From positions 1 through 56,707 of the IMG/VR virus record IMGVR_UViG_3300043608_000028: a stretch of DNA of 56,707 nt; one strand, written 5' to 3'. A program made the position numbers and the translations under genes. Source of the DNA: a virus (lineage: Duplodnaviria; Caudoviricetes). The notes under the pieces were generated by a model. The model was not told where the DNA came from. It saw nothing but the letters and a program-made list of their open reading frames with translations, and made no database searches. Below, in pieces: positions 24,779 through 33,665 of this stretch; positions within the stretch are counted from its first letter, which is position 1; each line of letters begins with the position of its first letter.

Positions 24779-26253
24779 TGGGGAGGTGGACGCTCGTCTC
24801 CTTCGCCCTCGCGTTCGCCGCGTGTGCTGGCAACCCGGATCCCTGCGGCATCCTACCCTGCAGGCCGCAGGGCACCTGCCCGGCCGGGGAAGACTGGCGG
24901 TTCCGCACCGGGGGTGACGATCCCGGCTGGCACTGCGTGCCCGTCACCCCTCCCACGACGACGACCACTACCACGACAACCACGCTTCCCCCGCCCCCCC
25001 CAGCCCCATCGCCGGTCTGCAGCCCGGGGGACACGTGCGGCTGCTGGCATCGACCTCCGGGCCAGGAGTGGCAGCAACTCCCGCCCTGCCAGGCGCCGCC
25101 GCCCGTTGATCCGATCGACCCGCCGCCGCCCGGGGACGTGGCGAAGGCCGACGGCTTCACGTTCCAGATCCTGGCCGAGTCGCGAGCGGGCTCGACCGCA
25201 TTCTTCGTCACGGCGGTACCCGTCATGGATGGTCGGCCGGTGAAGCCGAAGGATCGCCTGGCCTCGGCCGGACGTGTCGGCTGGGCCTCGACCGGATGCA
25301 TCTCCCCGAGCGAGCCGAAGGTCTTCAAGGGCTGGGGCGGAGCGGCCATCGACGAGAGCGCCTACCTCGGACCCGTGCTCAACTGGATCAGCAAGAAGGC
25401 GACGGAATGCACGGCCATCGGGAAGCCGAACAAGAGCGTGAGGTTTACGTCCTGCGCTCTCGGCAAGGCGTGGCGCATCGACTTCCCGAGTCAAGCCATC
25501 GTGGAGGTGGCGCCGGGCCCGTGCGAGTTTCCGCGCGCCACGCCGCCGCCGCCCTCGAGCGGGGTGAAGTGGAACGAGAGCGAGGCGCCCGGCAGCGCAC
25601 GCGAGGTGTGCGGCAAGGCGACGCCGAAGCACCTGGCCGCCGTGCTGGCCACGCTCAAGGGCGAGCCGCCGACCACCACGGAGAGCGAGGCCACCTTCTA
25701 CGCGCGGATCTGCCCGCGGGTCCGCGCCGCGCTGCCTGGCTGCGATTGCGCGATGTACGCCGAGGAGCTGGCCGTCGCGTGCGACAGCTCGCGCAGCGAG
25801 AACTACGACGTGCTCGCGTGGGGGTCGGAGATCCAGGCGAACCGGCTGCGCACGGGCGAGGGCACCTACCAGACGACGTGCGCGCCGGCTTCAAGATCGG
25901 CCGACATCGGAGACGTGGCCGCCCCGCCCCCCTCCGGCTCGTACCCCCGCCCCGTCTTCCAGGTGCGGGCCAAGGTCCACGTCCCCGCGGCGCAGCGGCC
26001 CGATGGGCGAGCCGTGCTCGATGCGGTGGCGCTCTCGTGCGGGGAGAACCCCGACTTCCCCGGGCGGCAGTGCTGGCCTTCGTGCGGGCCGGAAGGCTCA
26101 GCCGGCCGTGAGGAGTGCGACCGTGCCCTCGCCGTGAAGTGGGAAGGCGGGGACGAGCACCCGAGCAACCCGTGGCTGCGCCTGGTGCGGCCCGGCCAGA
26201 GGGCGCGCGTGTGCGTCGGGGTCCCGTGCTCCGACTGGGTGCCCGGCCGATGA
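24778..26253 (+). CDS. Cys-rich multidomain lipoprotein with Thr/Pro linkers
   Basis: MGRWTLVSFALAFAA-C lipobox; poly-T and poly-P linkers; more than 20 Cys. Confidence 0.8.
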   Translation: MGRWTLVSFALAFAACAGNPDPCGILPCRPQGTCPAGEDWRFRTGGDDPGWHCVPVTPPTTTTTTTTTTLPPPPPAPSPVCSPGDTCGCWHRPPGQEWQQLPPCQAPPPVDPIDPPPPGDVAKADGFTFQILAESRAGSTAFFVTAVPVMDGRPVKPKDRLASAGRVGWASTGCISPSEPKVFKGWGGAAIDESAYLGPVLNWISKKATECTAIGKPNKSVRFTSCALGKAWRIDFPSQAIVEVAPGPCEFPRATPPPPSSGVKWNESEAPGSAREVCGKATPKHLAAVLATLKGEPPTTTESEATFYARICPRVRAALPGCDCAMYAEELAVACDSSRSENYDVLAWGSEIQANRLRTGEGTYQTTCAPASRSADIGDVAAPPPSGSYPRPVFQVRAKVHVPAAQRPDGRAVLDAVALSCGENPDFPGRQCWPSCGPEGSAGREECDRALAVKWEGGDEHPSNPWLRLVRPGQRARVCVGVPCSDWVPGR

Positions 26254-26582
26254 TCGAGACGGTCGTGACCGTCGGCCTGTTCGGCGCCCTGATCCTCTGG
26301 CTGCTCTGGCCCCGGTGGGCGCCGACTTCGTGGCTGAAGTCGGCCCGCGCCTACTTCATCCGCAAGGGCTTTGAGAACTCCGAGCAGCTCGTGGCCGCTG
26401 AACTCAACCGCCGGAACTGGTGGTGGGGCCGGGTAGGCCCGTTCGACGCGGATGGCTGGTGGCGGCGTGCGCAGCCGCCGGCTGTCGATAGCGACGCCCG
26501 CACGCCGAGGAGTCTGTGGCTCGCGCTCGCGGTGGCGGCGCTAATCGGCGCCGCCCTCTGCGGGCCGATGGTCATCCCATGA
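26250..26582 (+). CDS. membrane protein (2 TM)
   Basis: N- and C-terminal hydrophobic helices; ATGA overlaps. Confidence 0.65.
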   Translation: MIETVVTVGLFGALILWLLWPRWAPTSWLKSARAYFIRKGFENSEQLVAAELNRRNWWWGRVGPFDADGWWRRAQPPAVDSDARTPRSLWLALAVAALIGAALCGPMVIP

Positions 26583-26833
26583 GCCCCGACCTCTACGAGC
26601 CGCTCCCGGGCATCCGACGCTTTCGCGAGCTGGAGATAGACGCGGCCATCGAGAAGGCCCTGGCCACCGTGCCCGACGGGGTGAACGGCGCCGCTGTCGC
26701 CTACGCCACCACGGAGGGGGCGCGCCTGGCCGTCGCAGGCCGGCTCGGCCACCAGTGGTCGATCGTCGTGGCCGCGGCCAGTGATTGGAGCGGCGAGCTC
26801 GAGGGCGAGGCCGCGGTCCGGTTCACCTGGTAG
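26579..26833 (+). CDS. hypothetical protein with beta-rich C-terminus ending in Trp
   Basis: ATGA overlap; alternating strands ending VRFTW. Confidence 0.6.
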   Translation: MSPDLYEPLPGIRRFRELEIDAAIEKALATVPDGVNGAAVAYATTEGARLAVAGRLGHQWSIVVAAASDWSGELEGEAAVRFTW

Positions 26834-26844
26834 GGGAGGCGAGG

Positions 26845-27243
26845 ATGGGAAAGGTCACGATCGTCGAGGGCTTCAAGTCGTCCCCGGGCTGGCGCAGCGC
26901 CGCGATGCTGCTGCTCCTGGTCCTCGAGGGCATCGCGAAGTCGCTGGGCTTCGAGGCGGGCCCCTTGTTCTTCATCGTGCGCAGCGGCTTCGGTGTCCTC
27001 GGGGTCAGCCCAACCGAAGCGACGGCCCTCAACATCGACCCCGAGCAGCTCGTCGTCGGCCTGACCTCCCTCTGGTTTGCGCTCTCGAGGCTCTGGTCGG
27101 TCTACAAGGAGCGCAGGGCCATCGCCGCAGCGAAGGCGGCCGCGGAGCTCGCGGCTGCTTCTGCCGATGCCGCCGCCGCCACCGCCACCGCTGCGGCGCT
27201 GGCACCGATCGCCCTCCCGCCACCGCCCGAGGCCAAGGAGTAG
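26845..27243 (+). CDS. holin-like membrane protein
   Basis: GGAGG RBS; 2-3 hydrophobic segments; Ala-rich tail. Confidence 0.6.
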   Translation: MGKVTIVEGFKSSPGWRSAAMLLLLVLEGIAKSLGFEAGPLFFIVRSGFGVLGVSPTEATALNIDPEQLVVGLTSLWFALSRLWSVYKERRAIAAAKAAAELAAASADAAAATATAAALAPIALPPPPEAKE

Positions 27244-27246
27244 GAA

Positions 27247-27705
27247 GTGATCCGCCTCGGGGCCCTGGTCGCCTTCGCCGTCACCCTCACCGCCTGCGGT
27301 GGCGGGGGAGGTGGCCGCCGTCCGCCCCAGCCGCCCAGGCCTCCCGTCGAGGTCCGCCCCTACTTCGACTGGTACGGGGCCGACGCGGGGCCGGAGCGCC
27401 GGCAGTACGCGATCGACGCCGCGAACCAGGTCGCCGCCTGCGTGGGCGTGGACCCTCGCGCCGTCTTCCACGACCACGTCGTCTACGTGTTCGACACCCC
27501 GTTCGCGTGCGGCGAGCAGGGGCCGTCCTGTGGCTGCTCGACCTACCTGACCCAGATCCAGATCGTCGTGGACGCGCCCTGCGACTACCGCGTGGGCATG
27601 GCCACCGAGCTCTTGCACCAGGTCCTCTGGTTCAACCGCGAGAACACGGGCTACGACTCGCCGCGGTGGCGGCTGGTCGAGGAAGGGGGTTGCCGGTGGT
27701 GGTGA
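27247..27705 (+). CDS. lipoprotein
   Basis: MIRLGALVAFAVTLTA-C-GGGGGG lipobox; several Cys; ATELLHQVL. Confidence 0.8.
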   Translation: MIRLGALVAFAVTLTACGGGGGGRRPPQPPRPPVEVRPYFDWYGADAGPERRQYAIDAANQVAACVGVDPRAVFHDHVVYVFDTPFACGEQGPSCGCSTYLTQIQIVVDAPCDYRVGMATELLHQVLWFNRENTGYDSPRWRLVEEGGCRWW

Positions 27706-29387
27706 GAACGCCCGATACCCTCTGCCCGAACTGCGCCGTACGCGCGGGCGCCGCGGTCCCCCATTGGCAAGGCTACGGCTCCTGCTGCGATGGCTGCCGC
27801 GCGATCCGGATCATCCGCTTCCGGCCGCTAACCCCGGCCCCGCTGCCAGTTCCTCGTGTAAACGAGCTGGCGGCCTGCGCCACCGTCCAGGCCGTTGACG
27901 AGCTGCTTGATCGCCTTGTGGCCCTCCCGGCATCCCGTGGGACGAAGCGACGGTGGCTGCGCGTGGCCAGCGAGCGAAAGCTCGCGCTGCAGGTGGTGGT
28001 GCTCCTCCTTGTGGCCGCCTCTTGCGGTGGACTGGCCATCGCAGCGCAAGCCCCGACTCCCGTGCCCTGCGCCGCCGTCGTGGCCGTCGAAGGGCAGACG
28101 CCCCTCTGCTACCCGAAGCCAGCGCCGACCCCCACCCCTCCGCCCGCGTGCGTGCCCCAGCTCGACCGCGGCGTGGTGGTCGACAAGTGCGCCCACCCCA
28201 TGACGGCCGCCGCCGAGCTGGCCGTGGGCGAGTCGCGGATCGACGCCGAGCTTGGCGGCAAGGTCACGCGCATCACCGCAGTCCCGAAGAGCCGCGGCGC
28301 GAACGCCATCGCGAAGCCCGTCTACTCGACCATGCCCGCCTGGACCGCGCCCGACGCCAACGGCAAGCGTCAGATCATGTTTTGGGTCCGGGAGGATGGC
28401 TGGTACCTGGCCGAGGACGAGGCCCCGCACAAGGTCGTGAAAAAGCTGCCGATCGGGGACCCTTGGCCGAGCGACATCGAGCACCTGTGGCCCCACCGCA
28501 CGCGGCGGGTGATCCAGTACACGACCATGAACGGGAAGACCTCCGCGGGCGTGGCGGGGAGGCAGCAGCTCGTCGAGATGGACATCGACACCGGCGCAAA
28601 GACCGTGCTCGTGGACTTCACGGCCCCCGCCTGCTCTTCGGAGCTGTCCTTAGGAAACGACCCGTCTCCGCCTTCCGCCGACGGGAGCATCCTTGGCCTG
28701 GAGTGCATCGGGACGGTGAACGGCCAGCCGGGGCAGAAGGTGAAACTCTCGTTCGACGTCGCGCAAAAGAAGGTCTTGGGCTACTTGGTGCGAAACACCA
28801 CGCCGAACGCCCCGAGCCCCACGCACAGCGGGAAGCGATTCTACTTCGACGGCCAGTCCTGGAATCAGGGGCTCACCGAGTTCTTCTCGATGGGCCTGGC
28901 CGTGGTGCACGAGCATTCCGGCAACGTCACCCTGCGCGACGGGTCGGAGTGGTACGTGGCGCCGGATTTCAGCGGCTCAGCGGACCGCGGCAACCTCGTG
29001 ATGACGAGCCTCGACTCCCCTGGCGTGGCCAAGCGCGTCGTCCTCGGTCCCGCGGCCGGGTACGGGGACACGGTCTGGAGCAAGACGCACGTCTCCTGCC
29101 TCGCCTACGACAACCCGGGATGGTGCGCGGTCTCGATCGTCGGCAACCCCGACGGGCAGGGCATCCTGTCGAACGAGATCGTCTTCGTGGACCTGAACCC
29201 GGGCGGGAAGGTCTACCGCATGGCCCACCACCGCTCCGCGGCGGGGGAGGCCGGGGGCGAGGGCTACTGGGGCGAGCCCCACGTGGTCATCAGCCCTGAC
29301 GGGACGAAGGCCATCTTCGGCAGCGACCTCGGCAAGAGCATCGCGACAGGCGGCAGCGTGGACACGTACCTGGTGGAGTTTCCGTAG
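27702..29387 (+). CDS. exported or membrane-anchored beta-propeller (TolB/oligogalacturonate-lyase-like C-terminus)
   Basis: RMAHHRS...YWGEPHVVISPDGTKAIFGSD; internal hydrophobic signal-like segment; start uncertain (27702 or about 27963). Confidence 0.7.
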   Translation: MRTPDTLCPNCAVRAGAAVPHWQGYGSCCDGCRAIRIIRFRPLTPAPLPVPRVNELAACATVQAVDELLDRLVALPASRGTKRRWLRVASERKLALQVVVLLLVAASCGGLAIAAQAPTPVPCAAVVAVEGQTPLCYPKPAPTPTPPPACVPQLDRGVVVDKCAHPMTAAAELAVGESRIDAELGGKVTRITAVPKSRGANAIAKPVYSTMPAWTAPDANGKRQIMFWVREDGWYLAEDEAPHKVVKKLPIGDPWPSDIEHLWPHRTRRVIQYTTMNGKTSAGVAGRQQLVEMDIDTGAKTVLVDFTAPACSSELSLGNDPSPPSADGSILGLECIGTVNGQPGQKVKLSFDVAQKKVLGYLVRNTTPNAPSPTHSGKRFYFDGQSWNQGLTEFFSMGLAVVHEHSGNVTLRDGSEWYVAPDFSGSADRGNLVMTSLDSPGVAKRVVLGPAAGYGDTVWSKTHVSCLAYDNPGWCAVSIVGNPDGQGILSNEIVFVDLNPGGKVYRMAHHRSAAGEAGGEGYWGEPHVVISPDGTKAIFGSDLGKSIATGGSVDTYLVEFP

Positions 29388-29389
29388 CC

Positions 29390-31078
29390 GTGGGACGCCA
29401 TAGCCCAGCCTCCCGTGCCTTCGCCCTCGCCGTCCTGGCCCTCTTGGCAGCACTCCCGGCGGATGCGGCGGCGCGCAACCTGATTCGGCCGCGGGCGCGG
29501 TCCCCGATCCTCACGCCGCTGCGCAAACCGCTCGCGCTTCGGGCGGCTCTCTTCGCATTGCGACCCGATCAGATCGACTACAAGCCGGCGCCTCCCGCTG
29601 GTGGTGGCACTCCAGGTGGGGCGGACCTGCAAGTCCAGTTCAACAGCGCGGGGGCGTTTGGAGGGGACCCCGGCCTCACCTACAACGCCGGGACCGACAC
29701 GCTCTCTGCCGGATCGGTCGCCCTAGGCGGGTTCACGTCCACCCTGACGTCTTCAGCCAACGGGGCCTTTCGGTTCAGCGGCACGAGCACGACCCTCTCT
29801 GGCGTTGCGGGCACGGCGGATCACAGCCTTTTCGTTCTTGGAGTGGACGTCTCGACTGCGGCCGCCGCTGGTAGCGTCTTCGTGCGCGGCGGCGCGGCGG
29901 GAGGAACATCGAACGACGCCGGCGATGTCGAGGTGCGCGGCGGTGCCAGCTCGGTCTCTGGCGTCGCAGGTGGAAGCGCCAGCCTATTCGGCGGCTCTAC
30001 ATCCGGATCGGCCGATACGGGAGGGAGCGTCAGCATCGCGGGCGGGGCGGGGTCAGCCCTAGGCGGCTCGGTCTTCATCAACCGCGGCTCCGGCGGAGCG
30101 AGCGTCACCGTCATCAACGGTGCCGGACAGGGCGTAGCCAACTCCTTCGTGTTCGACTCGACGGGGTCAATCGTCGTGGAGGGCGCGACGGCCGACGCGG
30201 ACGAGTTCACCCTCGCGATCGGCGACCCAACAGCCGACGTTACGGCAACGATCACGGCGACGGCCACGAATACCTCGTTCGACCTCTCCGGCGGTCACTG
30301 GAATTTTCCCGACCGCCTGACCATCGGTGAATACCTGGACGAGAACGACGCGAACGAGTCGACGCTGCTCATCCGCAAGACCACGGGCTACGTGGCCATC
30401 CACGGCTCCGGCGGGGCGTCCGACATGTTCACGGCGATCGGCACCCGCAACGACCTCGAAGCGGACGGCTCCGGGGTCAGCCAATCCGGTATCGGGATGC
30501 TGGCCTACGGCTCGGCCATCGGAGGGACCCTCTACGGGCAGAGCCGCAACAACCTGGTCGCGCTGCTATCCGAGGGTCCCCAGAACACCGGGCTCGTCAT
30601 CGGCACGGGCGGGCAGGGCGGGACCGGCCCCGTCACCATCGGCACCGAGGACGCCAATGGAGAGTACCCAAAGGCGTTCTTCTACCACGGCGCCAAGGCT
30701 CTTACGGATGGGTCTGCGGTCGAGTTCGTGGAGATCGGCATCCCAAGCAACAGTGTCACGGGCGGGACCATCGACTACTTCTTCTATGCCGTCAGTGTCT
30801 CGGGCCTTCAATCCGTTTCGGGGACGCTATGGTTCACCGCGGTCAACCTCGCCGGCACCGAGACTTGCACGGTAGGCAACACGGCCGGCGTGGACCTCAT
30901 CGGGATCGCCGCGGTGTCGTCGGGGACGCTCTCGGGCTCATTCGCGTGCGTGGTCGGGCTAACGGATGTGATCAGGATTTCGCTCAACGCCAACACCTCA
31001 TTCGCCTCGACGGCCATTTTCGAGGTCCGTTGGACCGGCTACAAGCTCGCCGGGTTCGGGAAGTTCACTCCACTGTGA
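29390..31078 (+). CDS. signal-peptide protein with tail-fibre-like Gly/Ser/Thr-rich modules
   Basis: AFALAVLALLAALPADA signal; PGGADLQVQFNSAGAFGG and EGATAD..E..L...DPTAD fibre-type motifs. Confidence 0.8.
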   Translation: MGRHSPASRAFALAVLALLAALPADAAARNLIRPRARSPILTPLRKPLALRAALFALRPDQIDYKPAPPAGGGTPGGADLQVQFNSAGAFGGDPGLTYNAGTDTLSAGSVALGGFTSTLTSSANGAFRFSGTSTTLSGVAGTADHSLFVLGVDVSTAAAAGSVFVRGGAAGGTSNDAGDVEVRGGASSVSGVAGGSASLFGGSTSGSADTGGSVSIAGGAGSALGGSVFINRGSGGASVTVINGAGQGVANSFVFDSTGSIVVEGATADADEFTLAIGDPTADVTATITATATNTSFDLSGGHWNFPDRLTIGEYLDENDANESTLLIRKTTGYVAIHGSGGASDMFTAIGTRNDLEADGSGVSQSGIGMLAYGSAIGGTLYGQSRNNLVALLSEGPQNTGLVIGTGGQGGTGPVTIGTEDANGEYPKAFFYHGAKALTDGSAVEFVEIGIPSNSVTGGTIDYFFYAVSVSGLQSVSGTLWFTAVNLAGTETCTVGNTAGVDLIGIAAVSSGTLSGSFACVVGLTDVIRISLNANTSFASTAIFEVRWTGYKLAGFGKFTPL

Positions 31079-31095
31079 GGGGGGAGCATCGGCCC

Positions 31096-32046
31096 ATGAA
31101 GCGCATAGTCCTCCTCGCCCTGAGCTCCCTGGCCTCCTGCGGCTGGAGCCCGGCCTTCGCCGGAGCGCCGCTGATCCGTCCCCGCGCCAAGTCGCCCGTC
31201 TTGGTGCCCCTGGTCAAGCCCCTGGCCGTCCGCGCCGCCCTCTTCTCGCTCCGGCCGGACCAGATCGACTACAAGCCAGCTCCGCCGAGCGGAGGCGGCC
31301 TGACCCCTGGGGCCTCGCCGGTGGGTTCGGCTACGAACTGCCTGCTCTACGCCGACGGCTCCAGCGTCCTGCAGTGCGCGGCCACCGAGGCGGGCTACGA
31401 CGGGACGATCGTGCTCGGGGACAAGGTCGGCCTGCGCGACTCGTCCGGGTCCGACACCTTCCGCTTCGCGGCCGGAAACCACCTCGCGAGCCGCGAGATG
31501 ACTGTCACGGTCAACGTGGCCAACATCGACCTCGACTTCGGGGCGCAGGGGATCCAGCTCACCGCAGGCGCCGGCACCGGGTTCGCCTACCGCCGCTCGA
31601 CCACCACGCAGATCAACTACGACGCCTCCAGCAGGCTGGCGATACCGAGCGCCGCCACCTTCGTCTGGTCGAGCACGTCGGACGCCGCGTCCGGGTCCTA
31701 CGACACCGGCCTCGCGCGCAATGCCGCGGGCGTCATCAGGGCGAGCGCCGGCGGGGCTGAGATCCGCGGCTTCCTCGGGGGAGGCGCCGCCGTGGCCTCC
31801 GCAGCGGCTCTGCCCGTGCCTACAGGCCGCGTCTTCCACGTCACCGGGACGACCAACGTCACCTCGATCACCTCGACCAACTTCGCGGCGGGCGCGGTGA
31901 TCACCCTGATCTTCGACGACGTGCTCACCTTCACGGACGGCAACAACCTCGTCCTCGCCGGGAACTTCGTGACCACCACCTCAGACGTAATCACGCTGGT
32001 CTACGACGGGACCAATTGGTACGAGACAAGCAGGAGCGTCAACTGA
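31096..32046 (+). CDS. signal-peptide protein with tail-fibre-like modules
   Basis: MKRIVLLALSSLASCGWSPAFA signal; DTGLARNAAG; C-terminal VTGTTNVTSIT...LVYDGTNWYE domain. Confidence 0.8.
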   Translation: MKRIVLLALSSLASCGWSPAFAGAPLIRPRAKSPVLVPLVKPLAVRAALFSLRPDQIDYKPAPPSGGGLTPGASPVGSATNCLLYADGSSVLQCAATEAGYDGTIVLGDKVGLRDSSGSDTFRFAAGNHLASREMTVTVNVANIDLDFGAQGIQLTAGAGTGFAYRRSTTTQINYDASSRLAIPSAATFVWSSTSDAASGSYDTGLARNAAGVIRASAGGAEIRGFLGGGAAVASAAALPVPTGRVFHVTGTTNVTSITSTNFAAGAVITLIFDDVLTFTDGNNLVLAGNFVTTTSDVITLVYDGTNWYETSRSVN

Positions 32047-32498
32047 TGCGAAAGATTCTCTGCGGGTACGCCTTCCTCCTCGCCGCGTCCTCGGCTTCCG
32101 CCCAGGAGGTCTACTCGCTGACGGCGTCAGCCGGCCAGGTCGCCCAGCACGACCGCGACCGTGCCGCGAGGAACAGGCAGACCTGCCAACAGCTCGCGTT
32201 GGCGGTGACCTGCACGCAAGCCCAAGCTTGCACGGCGGCCTCGGCCCCCGGGGGATCCGGGTGCAGCGCGGCCCAGGCTCGAGGGGCAGGCGTCCGCATC
32301 TACCCCGCGACGTTGGCCGGTCGCGAGGAGTTCCTGACCTTCGACATCGTGGCACCTGAGTTCCAGCGCCGCGTCGCGGCAGCATCGGCGGACGAGAAGA
32401 AGGCGGTCTGCTCCTGGTTCGTCGCCCAGAACACCGCAACCCAGAACGCGGAGTGCGCCAAGTGGGGCCTCCTCGACGGCTGCAACCCTTGCCAGTGA
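32046..32498 (+). CDS. small secreted protein with 8 Cys in the mature part
   Basis: MRKILCGYAFLLAASSASA|QEV; TGATG overlap. Confidence 0.8.
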   Translation: MRKILCGYAFLLAASSASAQEVYSLTASAGQVAQHDRDRAARNRQTCQQLALAVTCTQAQACTAASAPGGSGCSAAQARGAGVRIYPATLAGREEFLTFDIVAPEFQRRVAAASADEKKAVCSWFVAQNTATQNAECAKWGLLDGCNPCQ

Positions 32499-32509
32499 GG
32501 AGGACTTCG

Positions 32510-32884
32510 ATGCGACGCGCCCTCTCGTTCCTTGTTCTTGCCCTGGCCCTCGCCAGTTCGGCAAGCGCCACCTTCACCGGGAAGACCGTGTCCGTCACCG
32601 CCACGGCGCAGACCATCAGCTTCGGCGGGACCAACCATGCTCGCGTGGCCGTGACCGTGATCAACGACGGCGCCGACACCGTCGTCTTCCGCCTCTACGC
32701 CTGCGGCGAGACCGTGGTGCCGGTGGTCTTCGCAGACGGCGCGACAGATGCGGTCACGCTCAAGATCAACGAATCGGTCGGCCCAGACCACAACCCCAGG
32801 ACTCAGGGCGGGATCGCGTGGTGCGCGATGACAATCATCGCGGACACCGGCGACACCGCGACGGTCCGGCTGATGTATGAGTAG
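32510..32884 (+). CDS. small secreted beta-sandwich protein
   Basis: MRRALSFLVLALALASSASA|TFT; GGAGGA RBS; all-beta pattern. Confidence 0.8.
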   Translation: MRRALSFLVLALALASSASATFTGKTVSVTATAQTISFGGTNHARVAVTVINDGADTVVFRLYACGETVVPVVFADGATDAVTLKINESVGPDHNPRTQGGIAWCAMTIIADTGDTATVRLMYE

Positions 32885-33146
32885 CGCCTACACGCCGCGG
32901 CATCCGCTTCGCCTCGGTGCCGGGCCAGCGCCTGGTCTTCGGGTCGTCGGGCGAATCCGCGTCACGATCCTGAGCAACGGCCAGGCGCAGTTCGAGGCCA
33001 AGCGCACTGCCGGCCTCGACAAGAGTCTGATGATCAAGACGCTGCGCGCGCTGTCGGCCAAGATGGAGCGCGAGGAAGACAGCAGCCTCCTCGGCCCCAC
33101 GGGCGAGACGCTCGTCACCGAGGCACGGCTCGGGGACATGGGATGA
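32877..33146 (+). CDS. hypothetical protein
   Basis: Overlaps the upstream stop. Confidence 0.55.
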   Translation: MSSAYTPRHPLRLGAGPAPGLRVVGRIRVTILSNGQAQFEAKRTAGLDKSLMIKTLRALSAKMEREEDSSLLGPTGETLVTEARLGDMG

Positions 33147-33179
33147 AGACCACCCACGACTACTGGCTGGATTGCTGAA

Positions 33180-33665
33180 GTGCCGGCTCGCTCCGCAAAG
33201 CCCTGCTCGCGCCCAGGCTGCCCGAACCTCTCCACGGGTGGCCCGTGCTCGTCCTGCGCCAAGGCCCACGACCAGGACCGCGGCACCTCGACCCAGAGGG
33301 GCTACGGCGCCGACCACAGGAAGCGTCGCGCTCGATGCCTCGACGACTACCCCATCTGCCCCGACCCCTTCGGCCTCCACCCTGGCCAGGTGCGGCCCTC
33401 CACCGTGGCCGACCACTGGCTGGCGAAGTCGGCCGGCGGGGCTGACGCGCAGGAGAACTACACGGGCCTCTGTGACGCGCCCTGCCACCAGCACAAGCGC
33501 CAGCGCGAGGCGCGCGGACTGTTCGAGCATGGCCCCCGCCCTGCGTTTACACGAAGAGGGGAATGGGAGTCCGAATCTCTACCGCCCCAGGCCCCAGGAA
33601 CCGCGCGTGGTCATGAAAATGTGCCCTACGGGTTGGGGACTTCGCCTACGGGTGGGGATGGCTGA
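33180..33665 (+). CDS. packaging-associated HNH endonuclease (HK97 gp74-like position)
   Basis: PCSRPGCP, RGYG, VADH, GG....N..GLC..CH..K; directly before terS. Confidence 0.85.
   Translation: MPARSAKPCSRPGCPNLSTGGPCSSCAKAHDQDRGTSTQRGYGADHRKRRARCLDDYPICPDPFGLHPGQVRPSTVADHWLAKSAGGADAQENYTGLCDAPCHQHKRQREARGLFEHGPRPAFTRRGEWESESLPPQAPGTARGHENVPYGLGTSPTGGDG

Noticed and set aside
29480-31287. Shared module as a DNA inversion or shufflon site
   Set aside because: Copies are direct, differ at many synonymous positions, and no invertase is nearby
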